IMG/VR virus record: IMGVR_UViG_3300044684_000278
Location: 1-64,000 of that record
Reading direction: 5' to 3' (one strand)
DNA from: a virus
Length of the DNA: 64,000 nucleotides
Shown one piece after another: positions 1 through 9,926 of this stretch. Positions within the stretch are counted from its first letter, which is position 1. Each line of letters starts with the position of its first letter. The translations under genes and the position numbers were made by a program. The notes beneath the pieces are model-generated. The model did not search any database. It saw only the letters and a program-made list of their open reading frames with translations, and had not been told where the DNA came from.

Positions 1-5
1 AGCTG

Positions 6-3000
6 ATGAATAAAGTACTCAAAGGAGGCAAAGACAGTGCAGACATCCTGTTCTTCCTTTCCTCTATGAGAGACAGTTTAAAGGAACTCAGTGACCTGGG
101 TAACAAACTCCAGGAGCAGCAGGATAAACTGGGCAGGTTACAGACGGCAGCCCAGGAAAAACGTCAGCTCTCCTCACTCCAGGACCGGGTGGATTTCTTA
201 AACCAGGTACAGCAGGTGCTGATCGAGGATAAGAACAAGGTAATACCTGTGAACCCGAATGCTCCTGCACCGGAAGGTCAGGATGCCTACGTTACAGACG
301 TGGAGCTGGAGAGTGATCCAGATGCCCCAACCTACAAGGATAAGAAACCTAAGTTTGAGGAAGTGGGCTTCAACAAGACCTTCGGAAGGCACTACCTGGA
401 TGAGGAAGATAAAGAACTCAATACAGCTGATGGCTCTGACCGCTTCTTTGCTTTTACCGGCAAGCAGAACGTCATGGGCCAGGGCTATGAACTCTTAGTA
501 GTCACTGAGCACAATGATGAATTCGGGATCCGTCAATCGGACAAGAATCCGGATGACATCAAGCTGGTGGTGGTTAAAAAAGTAAGTGGAGAAGATGGTA
601 AGCCTGTTTATAAGTATGTTGGAGTGGATGGTAAGTTGCTTGATGCTCCTGATAAAGACAATATTGTCTACCGTAGTATGGCTAACGTTAATACTCTTAG
701 CGTTCAGCGTGTCCGTGATGATTATACCGTTCATGAGTCTACTACGGATGAAGACATCCAAAAGAAAATAGACGAGCACAAGGAGTACCAGAAAAACCTG
801 GTGGAACGCTCCAAGGAAGGTCCTGTCTATCTCAATGCTGTATCTGCCTCTCCTGGCGTGCAGCGTATTGAACGTACTCATGATGGTAAACCTGCAGAAG
901 CAGAAGTGGAAGGCCGTGTGGTGGAGGATGATCCGGACTGGACCAACCTGCACTCTGCCAACAACCCTGAAGCAGGTATCGGACTCCGTGTATCCACTGC
1001 AGACGGATCACTGGCACCTGGTGTGCTGGCTGGTCGTGTGGTGATGCAGGAGTATACCAATGATGAGGGCAGGAAGATCTGGGGAGATAAGGTGACCCGT
1101 GTGTTCAACCGTCTGCTCAACAAGGATGAAAAAGGAAAAGTGATTGAGGCCCTGGTGCGTCTGACTTCCCTTTTCAACCGGAAGAATTCCAAGGATCCAA
1201 GCATCCGTCTTACTGATGCTGAAGAGGCAGAGTACAACCTGATCTTCGGATACCTGAAGAACGTACTTCCTTGGGGCGGATGGAAAAACGGAGGTAACTC
1301 CCAACGCAGGAAGCTGTCCAATATGTTCCGTATTGACAGTGGTCTGAAACGGGGTGACTTCTCTATTCCATTCACAGAGCTGTCTATTCGTCAGAATGCA
1401 GATAAGCTCCTGGATGGTGTATATCACAATGTGAACAACAACACCCTTCAAAACAATGAGGAGTTCCGTGACATCCAGGTAAAAGATGGAAAGATCGTTC
1501 CCGGTAAATCCTACAAGACCTATGAAGAATACCTGCTGGGTAAAAGAGAAAATGGTGAGATGCCTCCGGTGTATACCTCCCTTCCAAGGGTGGATGCAGC
1601 ACGTCCTCAGCGTACCAACTCTTACCTGAACTGGGTGGATCCGTCCGTACAGTCTGTTAAGGAGCAGTCTCCTTACCAGCAGGGACAGATGACCCAGGAA
1701 AGGCATGATGAGATCACCAGCAAGATGGGTAAGCTTGAACGGATCGTAGCTGCAAAAGACACACTGAAGGACGAGTCCACAGAGGACCTGGCTAAAAAGC
1801 TGGAATATTTTGCCAAAGAAAATCCGGAGCTGGAAAATACTTTTGATAAAGATTTCCTGGAGCCTGCTGTACAGAAACTCGTGGAAGGCAAGACTGAAGA
1901 AGATATTCTCAAATCATTTGGCTCAGAAAATGAGTTCAACCGTGCTGTAGTTGCCCAGGCCCTGTCTGATTACATTGACAAGACACAAGCTCCGCAACTG
2001 GAGACACTGAAGCGTCAGTTGGAAAATGCTCCTAAGCCTAAGAAGCAGGAAGTAAGCCTGGATAACCCAGCTCCTGTAGCAGCCCCAGTTCAGCAAGGCC
2101 CTAAGAAGGCATCTGACCTGTTGGGCGGACTGGGTAAACCACAGTCTCAACAACAGCAACAGCAGGCTCCTGCCGCAAAACCAGGAAGTGCTTCTGCTTT
2201 ACTGGCCTCCAAACTGGGACAGCCACAGCAGACTGCTATTCCAAAACCATTGGAGCAGAAACCTGCTAATAAACAAATCCCTACAGTAGCGGACAGTGCC
2301 AAAGCCTCCCAGATGCTGGCAGGCAAATTAGGACTGCAGAACCAGGAAGCTGTTAAAACAGCAGCTCCGGTAGCAACTGCTTCTGAGAAGCATACAGATA
2401 TTCCGGCAGCCGTTGAAGCAGCCCAGCCTAAACTGGGTAAGCTAACCGCTACGGTATATACCAGCAAGGACCCGGCTTCCGGGGAGCTGACCAACCCGAT
2501 CACTGCTACCGTGGATATTCCGGATGGAAGACTGCAGGCAGGTAAGATGCTGTTGAAGCAGGCACTAATGGCTCAGATTCCTAATGAGGATGAGGATGTC
2601 CCATACCGTCTTTCCTTGGGTGAGGTAGAGCAGACCGAGGATTTTAAAGCCCTGGACAAGTTCATGAAAGAGAACCTGCCTCAGATCCCTGTTAAAAAAG
2701 TAGCAGAGCTGATCCATGGCAAAGCCTGGGGTATGTTCAAAAACGGAGCTATCTACATTTACAACAATGCAGAAATCGGTACCGGTTTCCACGAGGCTTT
2801 TGAGGCCGTGTGGGGCAGCTACCTAAGTGATAAAGAACAGCAGGACCTGGCTGAAGAATTCCGTGGCCGTGATGGTAAGTTCAAAAACCCCTTCACCCGT
2901 CTGACCAAGAACTATAAGGATGCCTCCCTGTATGATGTACGTGAGATGCTGGCAGAGGAATTCCGTAACTACATCCTGAACGGGCAGTTACCAGCAGAGG

Positions 3001-6000
3001 AAAAGACCCGTGGTTTCTTCCAGAGACTATGGGATTTCATCAAGCGTATCCTGGGACTGGCTCCTGAGCAGGCACAGGAGATGAACAGCAAGATCAATGC
3101 TGTGTTCAAGGCCATCAAAGCCGGTCAGTTCAAAGACCTGGATCCGATCCGGGAGTACTCACCTGTTCCTGAATACCGTGCCATTGGCCGGTTGACCCAG
3201 GAAGAGACAGCCCGTGCCATCCAGGGTCTGAACTACTACTTCTTCATGGAGTTGTACAAGAACGGAAACAACATTGATGCTCTTATAGACCGCTATGAAC
3301 CTAAGCTGTCCAACCAAATCCTTAATGACATCTTCAACAAAAGCCATGATGCCGTGGTGAAGAATGTCCAGATCCTGGGTGAGGGTATGCAGGACGAGCT
3401 CCGTCTTCGCAAAGAGGAATTATATGAGGAGTTCAAGAAGAATCTTTCCAGGTTCGGCCTTGACTTTGACGAGCATGATGACCTCATGGTGAAGGAACAG
3501 AACACTGTGAATGCATTGGGTATCCGTGACTCCATTTCCATAGATCCCAAGAAGATGTCTACTGTGAACGTGAAGCTCTTGTTAGCCTCACTTCCGCAGA
3601 CCCGCTATAACAGTGAAGGCAAGATCACACCTGTACGTGACCTGCAGATGAACCAGCCTATGCTGGTGGATCATGTGAAAGTGCATAACCTGCTCTTAAA
3701 TGAGTTAAGCAATATCGTTCCATCTTATGATGAGAACGGAAACCAGGTTGCTGCCCTGGATCAGATGTTCCAGAAGCTGGATCAGAAATACAAGTATCCG
3801 CAAACCGGAAACTATAAAGAAGGCTACAACTGGATCCAGAACCTGAAGGCCCGTCTGCGTTATGAGATGATGGATGGTACCAAATTCCCGGCAGAGGCCC
3901 TGACTGCGGATGACATCCGCCTGAGGATTGGTTTTATCAAAACCTTTACCAACGTAAAGACCATCCCGCAGAAGACGATAGTGGGAGAAGATGGATACAT
4001 CTATAACCTGAACCCGGTAGAGGGTACCAACATCGAGCGGGTACGGGATGAGTGGAGCAACAACCTGAAAAATGACCTGATCCAAAGGAGAGGTCAGAAA
4101 GGTATGGTGAAGCTGAACCCTGATGGTACCATGGAGATCAACCGTGATACCGACGAGTACAAGGATCTGATGAAGATGCTAGATCGTAAGAACAGCTTCT
4201 CCACAGAGGATGCTCAGCTGGCCCTCCGTAAACTGGGAATTACTTTTACAGGCACACCTGCACAGATGGATAAATACGGATCTGTTATCCGGGAAGATGC
4301 TATCCAGATCCTGGAGCAGCTCAAGGCAGGTTCCCTGAACTCTATTTCAGACATCTATGGATCCAATAAGATCGGTGGCCGTATCAACAGGCTGCTTTCC
4401 ATAGAAGCCGGGTTCAGCGGTGAGGATAATATCTTAAACTACATCAACGCCAATGGTGAGACCCAATACTCCGTGGGTATTCCATCCCTGTTCAGCAATA
4501 TGATCAACACGCTGAACACCGTGAAGACCCAGAAAGAGCTGGTACAGTCTGCACCGTGGCTGGGCACTATAGATGCTAAAACAGGTGAGGTAGTGCTTCA
4601 TCCATACCAGCAGAACTCAGAGCTTCTGAAAAAAGACGGGATACTCTTTGACAAAAAGGGCCGCAGAAGAGACGGGGCACGCCTGGAGTACCAGGTGATC
4701 TCCGGTGTGGGTACATCAGACTTTGAAGGCACTTCCACAGATGAACTGCAGTTCCCGGAACGGGTGGCCAACAAGATCCACTACCTGCTTCAGAATACTG
4801 TATACTCCAACATCAACTCTGATAAGAGCACCGAGTTCGGTATCTCTCTTCCAGGAAAGCTGATCGTTTCCAAGGGAGATGTGGCCAGCCTCTTATACTT
4901 TGATGGTAAAGAGGTGATCAACCACTATGTAAACCAGCTTACAGATGAAATGGCTGCTGCCGTATACAACAAAGCAAGGCCAAGCAACATCCAGTACTAT
5001 AAAGACCAGGTGGCCTCATTAGGGCACTTCAGAGACATTTTAGGGGCTGACCTGGTAGATAAGTTCAAACGTGAGGTAATAAGCCCTGAGAGCCGCTATA
5101 AAGGCCCACAGGCACACCTTAGATTCATTGAGGATAACCGTGCTGCCATTGACAAGGCTATCAAGGGTTACATGGAAAACAAGATTGACCAGACCGTTAA
5201 GTTCTTAAAGGACCTGGATCTGTTCCAAAAACCTGCCCTTGCCGGAAATGACCTGTACACCACGGACGCTATTGACAACGACATGCTGTCAAAGATCCTG
5301 GATACCAAGAGCACAGTGGCTATCAAGCATGATGACGGGGAGATCACAGAGCGTGTGGGTCTGACAGAGAATGACCTGAAAACACTGGCAGGTGTCCTGG
5401 CACTCAACGAGGAGATCCTGGTTACAGAACAGCATAAGTTAATCTACGGTCACCCTGCCTTCTACAAAGACCTTCCAAAGCGTGCCAATGGTGCTACTTC
5501 AACCAAGGAGCCTATGGTGGATGATCCGGATGTGATCAAGTGGATGGACAATAACATGGCCCGTAATGATGGCAAGCAGCGTTCCTCCGAGACACACCAG
5601 ACCTTCAAAGTCGTATCCTTCAAGGACCAGGATGTGGTAAGCCACTATTACCAGGATATAGCTGAGGGTATGTTTGCCTCCATGATCAAGACAGAGTCCA
5701 GCAAGACGGCTGCAGAGAAGAAGATCGGTGCCAAATTCACGGATGATGGCAAGCTCAAAGGCTTCATCACAGATAAGAAAGGCGGATACACTGGTCTGAT
5801 CAAGGCTTACCTGGAGCTCAATGAAGCGGATGCCATGGCCTGGGGTATGCCAGACATGGTTCGGGACATGCTGTTCCTTACAGGAAAGCTATCCAAGGAA
5901 CAACAAAAGCAGTTTGATTACGAGATTGCCTATGAGAAACTGGCCCTGGCTAAAAAGGGTGAGGCCAGGTATTCCCGTGAGGAATTAGAGGCTGCCAAAA

Positions 6001-9000
6001 AGATCGTAGAAAAAGGAAACCCTGGCTACGTGTTCCAGGTACTGAAACCACAGTACTTCGGTTACGCTGTGGATGGGGATACCCTGCACCCTGTGTTCCT
6101 GAAACACGCGGTTCAGCCTAAGTTCTTCCGCCATGTAGAAGGCACCCAGTATGAGGATCTATACAAAGCCCTGAAGAAAAGCCAGGTGGACATCATCGGT
6201 TTTGAGTCCGGGGAGAAAGTAGGTAACGTGATGGGCAAGAACGGCAAGTTCACCAGCATCTATAATGATAAAGGTACCGTGAACGTGACCAAGGCAGGTA
6301 ACCAGTACAGTCTTCCAGGAGATCTTCCAGTCCAACAATTATACACCAAGTTCTATGGTATCCAGGTGGAGACCAATGCCAAACCTAAAACAGAGGTGGT
6401 GCGTGGTACCCAGGTGACCAAACTGATCATGGTAAACTACTTTGAGAACGGTAAACCGGTTACCGAGCAGATTGGAAAGAAAATCCAGGAGTATAATAAT
6501 ACCCTGAAGACCATGATGCAGCTGGGTAAACAGAACCTGATCAAGGAGCTGGGACTTCGCCAGGATGAACAGGGTAATTACCACACAGAGGATCTGACCA
6601 AACTGGTGAAGACCCTGAGACGTGAGGCAGAAAGCCGTGATCTCCCGGATAACATGATCCAGGGTATTGACACCCTGAGCAATGAGGACGGATCCACTTC
6701 CCTGAAATACAGGTTTGATACTTTGATCAACCGGGAAAAGATTGACAACATCCTGAACTCCATTGTGGATTCCCGTGTGATCTCTGAGAAGATCCATGGT
6801 AAGGCATCCGTGCAGGTAGCTTCTACCCTGTACGAGAGTCAGCCAAGGAGCTTCATGTACCTGAAAGATGGGGTGTATACCCAGATGACCCCTGAGAACA
6901 TGGGCTCACTGACTGCAGAGGAACGCAAGACCATCAAGATGAAGTCATCTGACCTGAAGTTCTATGCAGACCAGAATGGAAAGATCCAGAGCATGGAAGT
7001 ATATCTTACCTGGCCATTCAAGGATTTCTCTCCTGAGCAGCTGGGCCTGAAACTGGAGAACGGTATTTACAAGCTCTCCGGAGACAGCAAGGTGGACAGC
7101 AGGTTACTAAAGTCACTGGGATTCCGTATCCCTACCCAGGCCATGAACTCCATTGAGTCCATCCAGATCAAGGGATTCACCCCACAGAACAACGGGGACA
7201 TGATCGTGGTGCCATCAGAGATCGTTGGTAAATCCGGTTCCGACTTTGATATTGATAAACTCAATCTCTATTTGCCTAACTACTTCTTCAACAGTGCCAC
7301 TAAGTCACTGGAGTTTGCAGAGTGGAAGGGCTCTATTGAGAATACCAAAAAATACATTGCGGATCTCTTTGACAAGGGACACCTGCTTCCTGCAGATGCT
7401 GCCAAGGAGCTGGACCGCTATATTGCGGAAGAGAATGACCTGCTGGGTACTGATCCTGAGGATAAGCTGTTAAAGGCCATCTTCCAGGGCCTCTTCTCCG
7501 AGGAGCGTCTGACCTCAGAGTTCATGGATGACTTCTCCAAACAGAAGAACTACCAGTCCCTGAGAGATGAAGTTGTTGATTCCCTTACCAAGAAAGCCCT
7601 GCAGAACCACTTCATGAACCTGATGCATGACCTGGTGCAGGATCCGTTCAACTACCGTCAGCTGGTCGTGCCCAACGGTGTGGATACCATCAAGCCTCTG
7701 GCAGATGAGATCAATGCCCTGAAGATCCAGGCTGGCACCAAGTCAAAAGAAGACGAGAAGAGCTTTACTTTCCTAAGAAGTTTTGTGGGTAACAACCAGA
7801 TCCGTGAACGGTACTTAACGGCCAAACGAATGGTGGGCATTGCTGCCCTGCACTCTACTTTCCACTCTATGGCACAAGTATCAGGTCTGAAGATCAACCG
7901 TGACTTTGCAACCAAAGGCATCTATTACATTGCCGGGAAGAACGAAGAGCACAGGCTTGTAGATATTAAACTCACACACATCCCGGCCAACGAGGATGGT
8001 ACCTTCAACATCGGTCACCGTACTGATGCCAGTGGTGCCTGGGTGAGTGAGCTGATCTCGGAGGAACTATCCGGGTTCGTGGATGGTGCCAAAGATCCAT
8101 TCGTGTTTGACCTGAACTTCTCTATGAACACGGCTGCCACCTGGTTCTACCTGCAACACGTAGGGGTACCGGTGGACGAGATTGCCTACTTCTTTGGTCA
8201 GCCCGTGCTGGATCAGTACTTTGAGGAGTTTGCCAAGAACCGTGCAGGATTCAAGAAGATCAATGATGAAAGCCTGACCAGGGAAATGCTCTTCTACAAA
8301 GTGGTTAGTCCATACTTTGAAAAGATCACGGGCCGTAACATCATGGCTGAAATTGCAGCCGTGGAGGATGATCCTTTTGGGAAATCTGCCCTTAAGAAAT
8401 CCCTTGCTGTGGAGATGAACACCATTGCCAATCAGTTCTCCAAGTTCAATAAAACAGACTTAAGAGACCAAATTGCCCAGGGCAAACAGGCAGATCCAAA
8501 GATGCAGATTGCCATCCTGATGAATTACCTGGAGTATAACGCACAAGCACAACTGCTGGGTAACTTCATCAATGCCATCTCTTATGACAACAAGAAGACC
8601 AAGTCTTTACAGGAGAATATGATGCAGGTGGCACGCTGGGAGAAATCCAAGCAGGAAGGCTTCGTGGCCAATCCTGATGCCATCATGGATCATACGTTCC
8701 TGGGTGAGATGAAAAAACAGAAAGAAGACATCTTCAAGATGTTCAAGAACTTCTTCATCACTTTGAGTCCATCTGTTCAGAAAGCCTTTGAGCCTATGGA
8801 GAACAAGATCAATGATCCTGACTTCTTTGCATCCAAGGATAACACGGTGGATCTGCTCAACCGCTACCAGAACTTTGTGATCTCTTACCTGCTGCATACT
8901 ACTCCGTTCCAGGATGCAGATGAGCAGGAAGTGACCCTGAACAAGCTTTACAGGGATTACTTCCTTGGAGACAACTCCATGGCCAAGATCCTGCAGAAGT

Positions 9001-9926
9001 ATAAGAACTCTTCGGATCCTTACGTGTCCGGAAGCCTTGCCATACAGGAACTGCTCCCGGTAATGAGTGAGGATACTACCCGTCCAGATAATATCCGTCT
9101 GTTCCGCAACAAGCTGGACACCTACCAGATCAACAACATCGTTGAAGACCTGGATAACCTGAAAGCTTATGCCATGCAGGTGGCGGACAGTGACCTGGAA
9201 CACTTCGTGGACAACCTGGCCAAGTTTACCCTGGTACAAAGTGGTATGCAGGGAAGCCGTCTGGATTACCGCAAGATCCTTTCCACACAGGTATATTCTT
9301 CCCTGGTGAAGAACATCATAGATGCTTTTGAAGCTTCCGGAAAAGAACTGGATCCTAAGAGGGTATGGAAAGCTTTCCACCAGAACAACTGGAGCAACAA
9401 CTCAGTAGTACCTAAGGTACCTAACTGGCTGCGTCCTAAAGAAGGCAAGCTTTTAATTAAAGACGGATCTTCACTGCTGGTGAATGACTACCTGATGAAG
9501 TACGTGAAGAAACCAGGCATCTCCCGTCAACAGCTTAATGAGATGCGTAGAAATAAAACCATGCAGAATGCCTTTGAGCCGATCCTCTATGAAAAGAGAA
9601 ATCAGCTGGCAGATGGCAAGTGGGTTTATGCTCCTGTAAACAAACTGGGTGACGGTACCCGCTTTACAGAAATCTATGATGAGGATAAAGCATCCATCCT
9701 GCAGAAGAACGGAGATGTGGGAGACGCCGGTGGTGGATTCACAGGTGGCTATATCAGTGTGATGGAATTGTTGGCAAATAAGACAGCCAATAACGTAAAT
9801 GTGGAGGATAATTCGTATAATAGTACAACACCTAAAACAGCCTCCGAGCTCCTGCTCCAATCAGAAAAGCAGGCTGTCGTGCAACAACTAAAAGACAACG
9901 GAACCATAGAACAAAACTGCTCATGA
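6..9926 (+). CDS. Giant virion-packaged RNA polymerase (crAss-like, phi14:2 gp66-type), probably 5'-truncated by the window
   Basis: FRIPTQ...SGSDFDIDKL (DFDID at 7242-7256), GFVDGAKDP and FESGEKVG motifs; zincin-like FHEAFE...EMLAEEF segment; frame is open to the window edge. Confidence 0.9.
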   Translation: MNKVLKGGKDSADILFFLSSMRDSLKELSDLGNKLQEQQDKLGRLQTAAQEKRQLSSLQDRVDFLNQVQQVLIEDKNKVIPVNPNAPAPEGQDAYVTDVELESDPDAPTYKDKKPKFEEVGFNKTFGRHYLDEEDKELNTADGSDRFFAFTGKQNVMGQGYELLVVTEHNDEFGIRQSDKNPDDIKLVVVKKVSGEDGKPVYKYVGVDGKLLDAPDKDNIVYRSMANVNTLSVQRVRDDYTVHESTTDEDIQKKIDEHKEYQKNLVERSKEGPVYLNAVSASPGVQRIERTHDGKPAEAEVEGRVVEDDPDWTNLHSANNPEAGIGLRVSTADGSLAPGVLAGRVVMQEYTNDEGRKIWGDKVTRVFNRLLNKDEKGKVIEALVRLTSLFNRKNSKDPSIRLTDAEEAEYNLIFGYLKNVLPWGGWKNGGNSQRRKLSNMFRIDSGLKRGDFSIPFTELSIRQNADKLLDGVYHNVNNNTLQNNEEFRDIQVKDGKIVPGKSYKTYEEYLLGKRENGEMPPVYTSLPRVDAARPQRTNSYLNWVDPSVQSVKEQSPYQQGQMTQERHDEITSKMGKLERIVAAKDTLKDESTEDLAKKLEYFAKENPELENTFDKDFLEPAVQKLVEGKTEEDILKSFGSENEFNRAVVAQALSDYIDKTQAPQLETLKRQLENAPKPKKQEVSLDNPAPVAAPVQQGPKKASDLLGGLGKPQSQQQQQQAPAAKPGSASALLASKLGQPQQTAIPKPLEQKPANKQIPTVADSAKASQMLAGKLGLQNQEAVKTAAPVATASEKHTDIPAAVEAAQPKLGKLTATVYTSKDPASGELTNPITATVDIPDGRLQAGKMLLKQALMAQIPNEDEDVPYRLSLGEVEQTEDFKALDKFMKENLPQIPVKKVAELIHGKAWGMFKNGAIYIYNNAEIGTGFHEAFEAVWGSYLSDKEQQDLAEEFRGRDGKFKNPFTRLTKNYKDASLYDVREMLAEEFRNYILNGQLPAEEKTRGFFQRLWDFIKRILGLAPEQAQEMNSKINAVFKAIKAGQFKDLDPIREYSPVPEYRAIGRLTQEETARAIQGLNYYFFMELYKNGNNIDALIDRYEPKLSNQILNDIFNKSHDAVVKNVQILGEGMQDELRLRKEELYEEFKKNLSRFGLDFDEHDDLMVKEQNTVNALGIRDSISIDPKKMSTVNVKLLLASLPQTRYNSEGKITPVRDLQMNQPMLVDHVKVHNLLLNELSNIVPSYDENGNQVAALDQMFQKLDQKYKYPQTGNYKEGYNWIQNLKARLRYEMMDGTKFPAEALTADDIRLRIGFIKTFTNVKTIPQKTIVGEDGYIYNLNPVEGTNIERVRDEWSNNLKNDLIQRRGQKGMVKLNPDGTMEINRDTDEYKDLMKMLDRKNSFSTEDAQLALRKLGITFTGTPAQMDKYGSVIREDAIQILEQLKAGSLNSISDIYGSNKIGGRINRLLSIEAGFSGEDNILNYINANGETQYSVGIPSLFSNMINTLNTVKTQKELVQSAPWLGTIDAKTGEVVLHPYQQNSELLKKDGILFDKKGRRRDGARLEYQVISGVGTSDFEGTSTDELQFPERVANKIHYLLQNTVYSNINSDKSTEFGISLPGKLIVSKGDVASLLYFDGKEVINHYVNQLTDEMAAAVYNKARPSNIQYYKDQVASLGHFRDILGADLVDKFKREVISPESRYKGPQAHLRFIEDNRAAIDKAIKGYMENKIDQTVKFLKDLDLFQKPALAGNDLYTTDAIDNDMLSKILDTKSTVAIKHDDGEITERVGLTENDLKTLAGVLALNEEILVTEQHKLIYGHPAFYKDLPKRANGATSTKEPMVDDPDVIKWMDNNMARNDGKQRSSETHQTFKVVSFKDQDVVSHYYQDIAEGMFASMIKTESSKTAAEKKIGAKFTDDGKLKGFITDKKGGYTGLIKAYLELNEADAMAWGMPDMVRDMLFLTGKLSKEQQKQFDYEIAYEKLALAKKGEARYSREELEAAKKIVEKGNPGYVFQVLKPQYFGYAVDGDTLHPVFLKHAVQPKFFRHVEGTQYEDLYKALKKSQVDIIGFESGEKVGNVMGKNGKFTSIYNDKGTVNVTKAGNQYSLPGDLPVQQLYTKFYGIQVETNAKPKTEVVRGTQVTKLIMVNYFENGKPVTEQIGKKIQEYNNTLKTMMQLGKQNLIKELGLRQDEQGNYHTEDLTKLVKTLRREAESRDLPDNMIQGIDTLSNEDGSTSLKYRFDTLINREKIDNILNSIVDSRVISEKIHGKASVQVASTLYESQPRSFMYLKDGVYTQMTPENMGSLTAEERKTIKMKSSDLKFYADQNGKIQSMEVYLTWPFKDFSPEQLGLKLENGIYKLSGDSKVDSRLLKSLGFRIPTQAMNSIESIQIKGFTPQNNGDMIVVPSEIVGKSGSDFDIDKLNLYLPNYFFNSATKSLEFAEWKGSIENTKKYIADLFDKGHLLPADAAKELDRYIAEENDLLGTDPEDKLLKAIFQGLFSEERLTSEFMDDFSKQKNYQSLRDEVVDSLTKKALQNHFMNLMHDLVQDPFNYRQLVVPNGVDTIKPLADEINALKIQAGTKSKEDEKSFTFLRSFVGNNQIRERYLTAKRMVGIAALHSTFHSMAQVSGLKINRDFATKGIYYIAGKNEEHRLVDIKLTHIPANEDGTFNIGHRTDASGAWVSELISEELSGFVDGAKDPFVFDLNFSMNTAATWFYLQHVGVPVDEIAYFFGQPVLDQYFEEFAKNRAGFKKINDESLTREMLFYKVVSPYFEKITGRNIMAEIAAVEDDPFGKSALKKSLAVEMNTIANQFSKFNKTDLRDQIAQGKQADPKMQIAILMNYLEYNAQAQLLGNFINAISYDNKKTKSLQENMMQVARWEKSKQEGFVANPDAIMDHTFLGEMKKQKEDIFKMFKNFFITLSPSVQKAFEPMENKINDPDFFASKDNTVDLLNRYQNFVISYLLHTTPFQDADEQEVTLNKLYRDYFLGDNSMAKILQKYKNSSDPYVSGSLAIQELLPVMSEDTTRPDNIRLFRNKLDTYQINNIVEDLDNLKAYAMQVADSDLEHFVDNLAKFTLVQSGMQGSRLDYRKILSTQVYSSLVKNIIDAFEASGKELDPKRVWKAFHQNNWSNNSVVPKVPNWLRPKEGKLLIKDGSSLLVNDYLMKYVKKPGISRQQLNEMRRNKTMQNAFEPILYEKRNQLADGKWVYAPVNKLGDGTRFTEIYDEDKASILQKNGDVGDAGGGFTGGYISVMELLANKTANNVNVEDNSYNSTTPKTASELLLQSEKQAVVQQLKDNGTIEQNCS

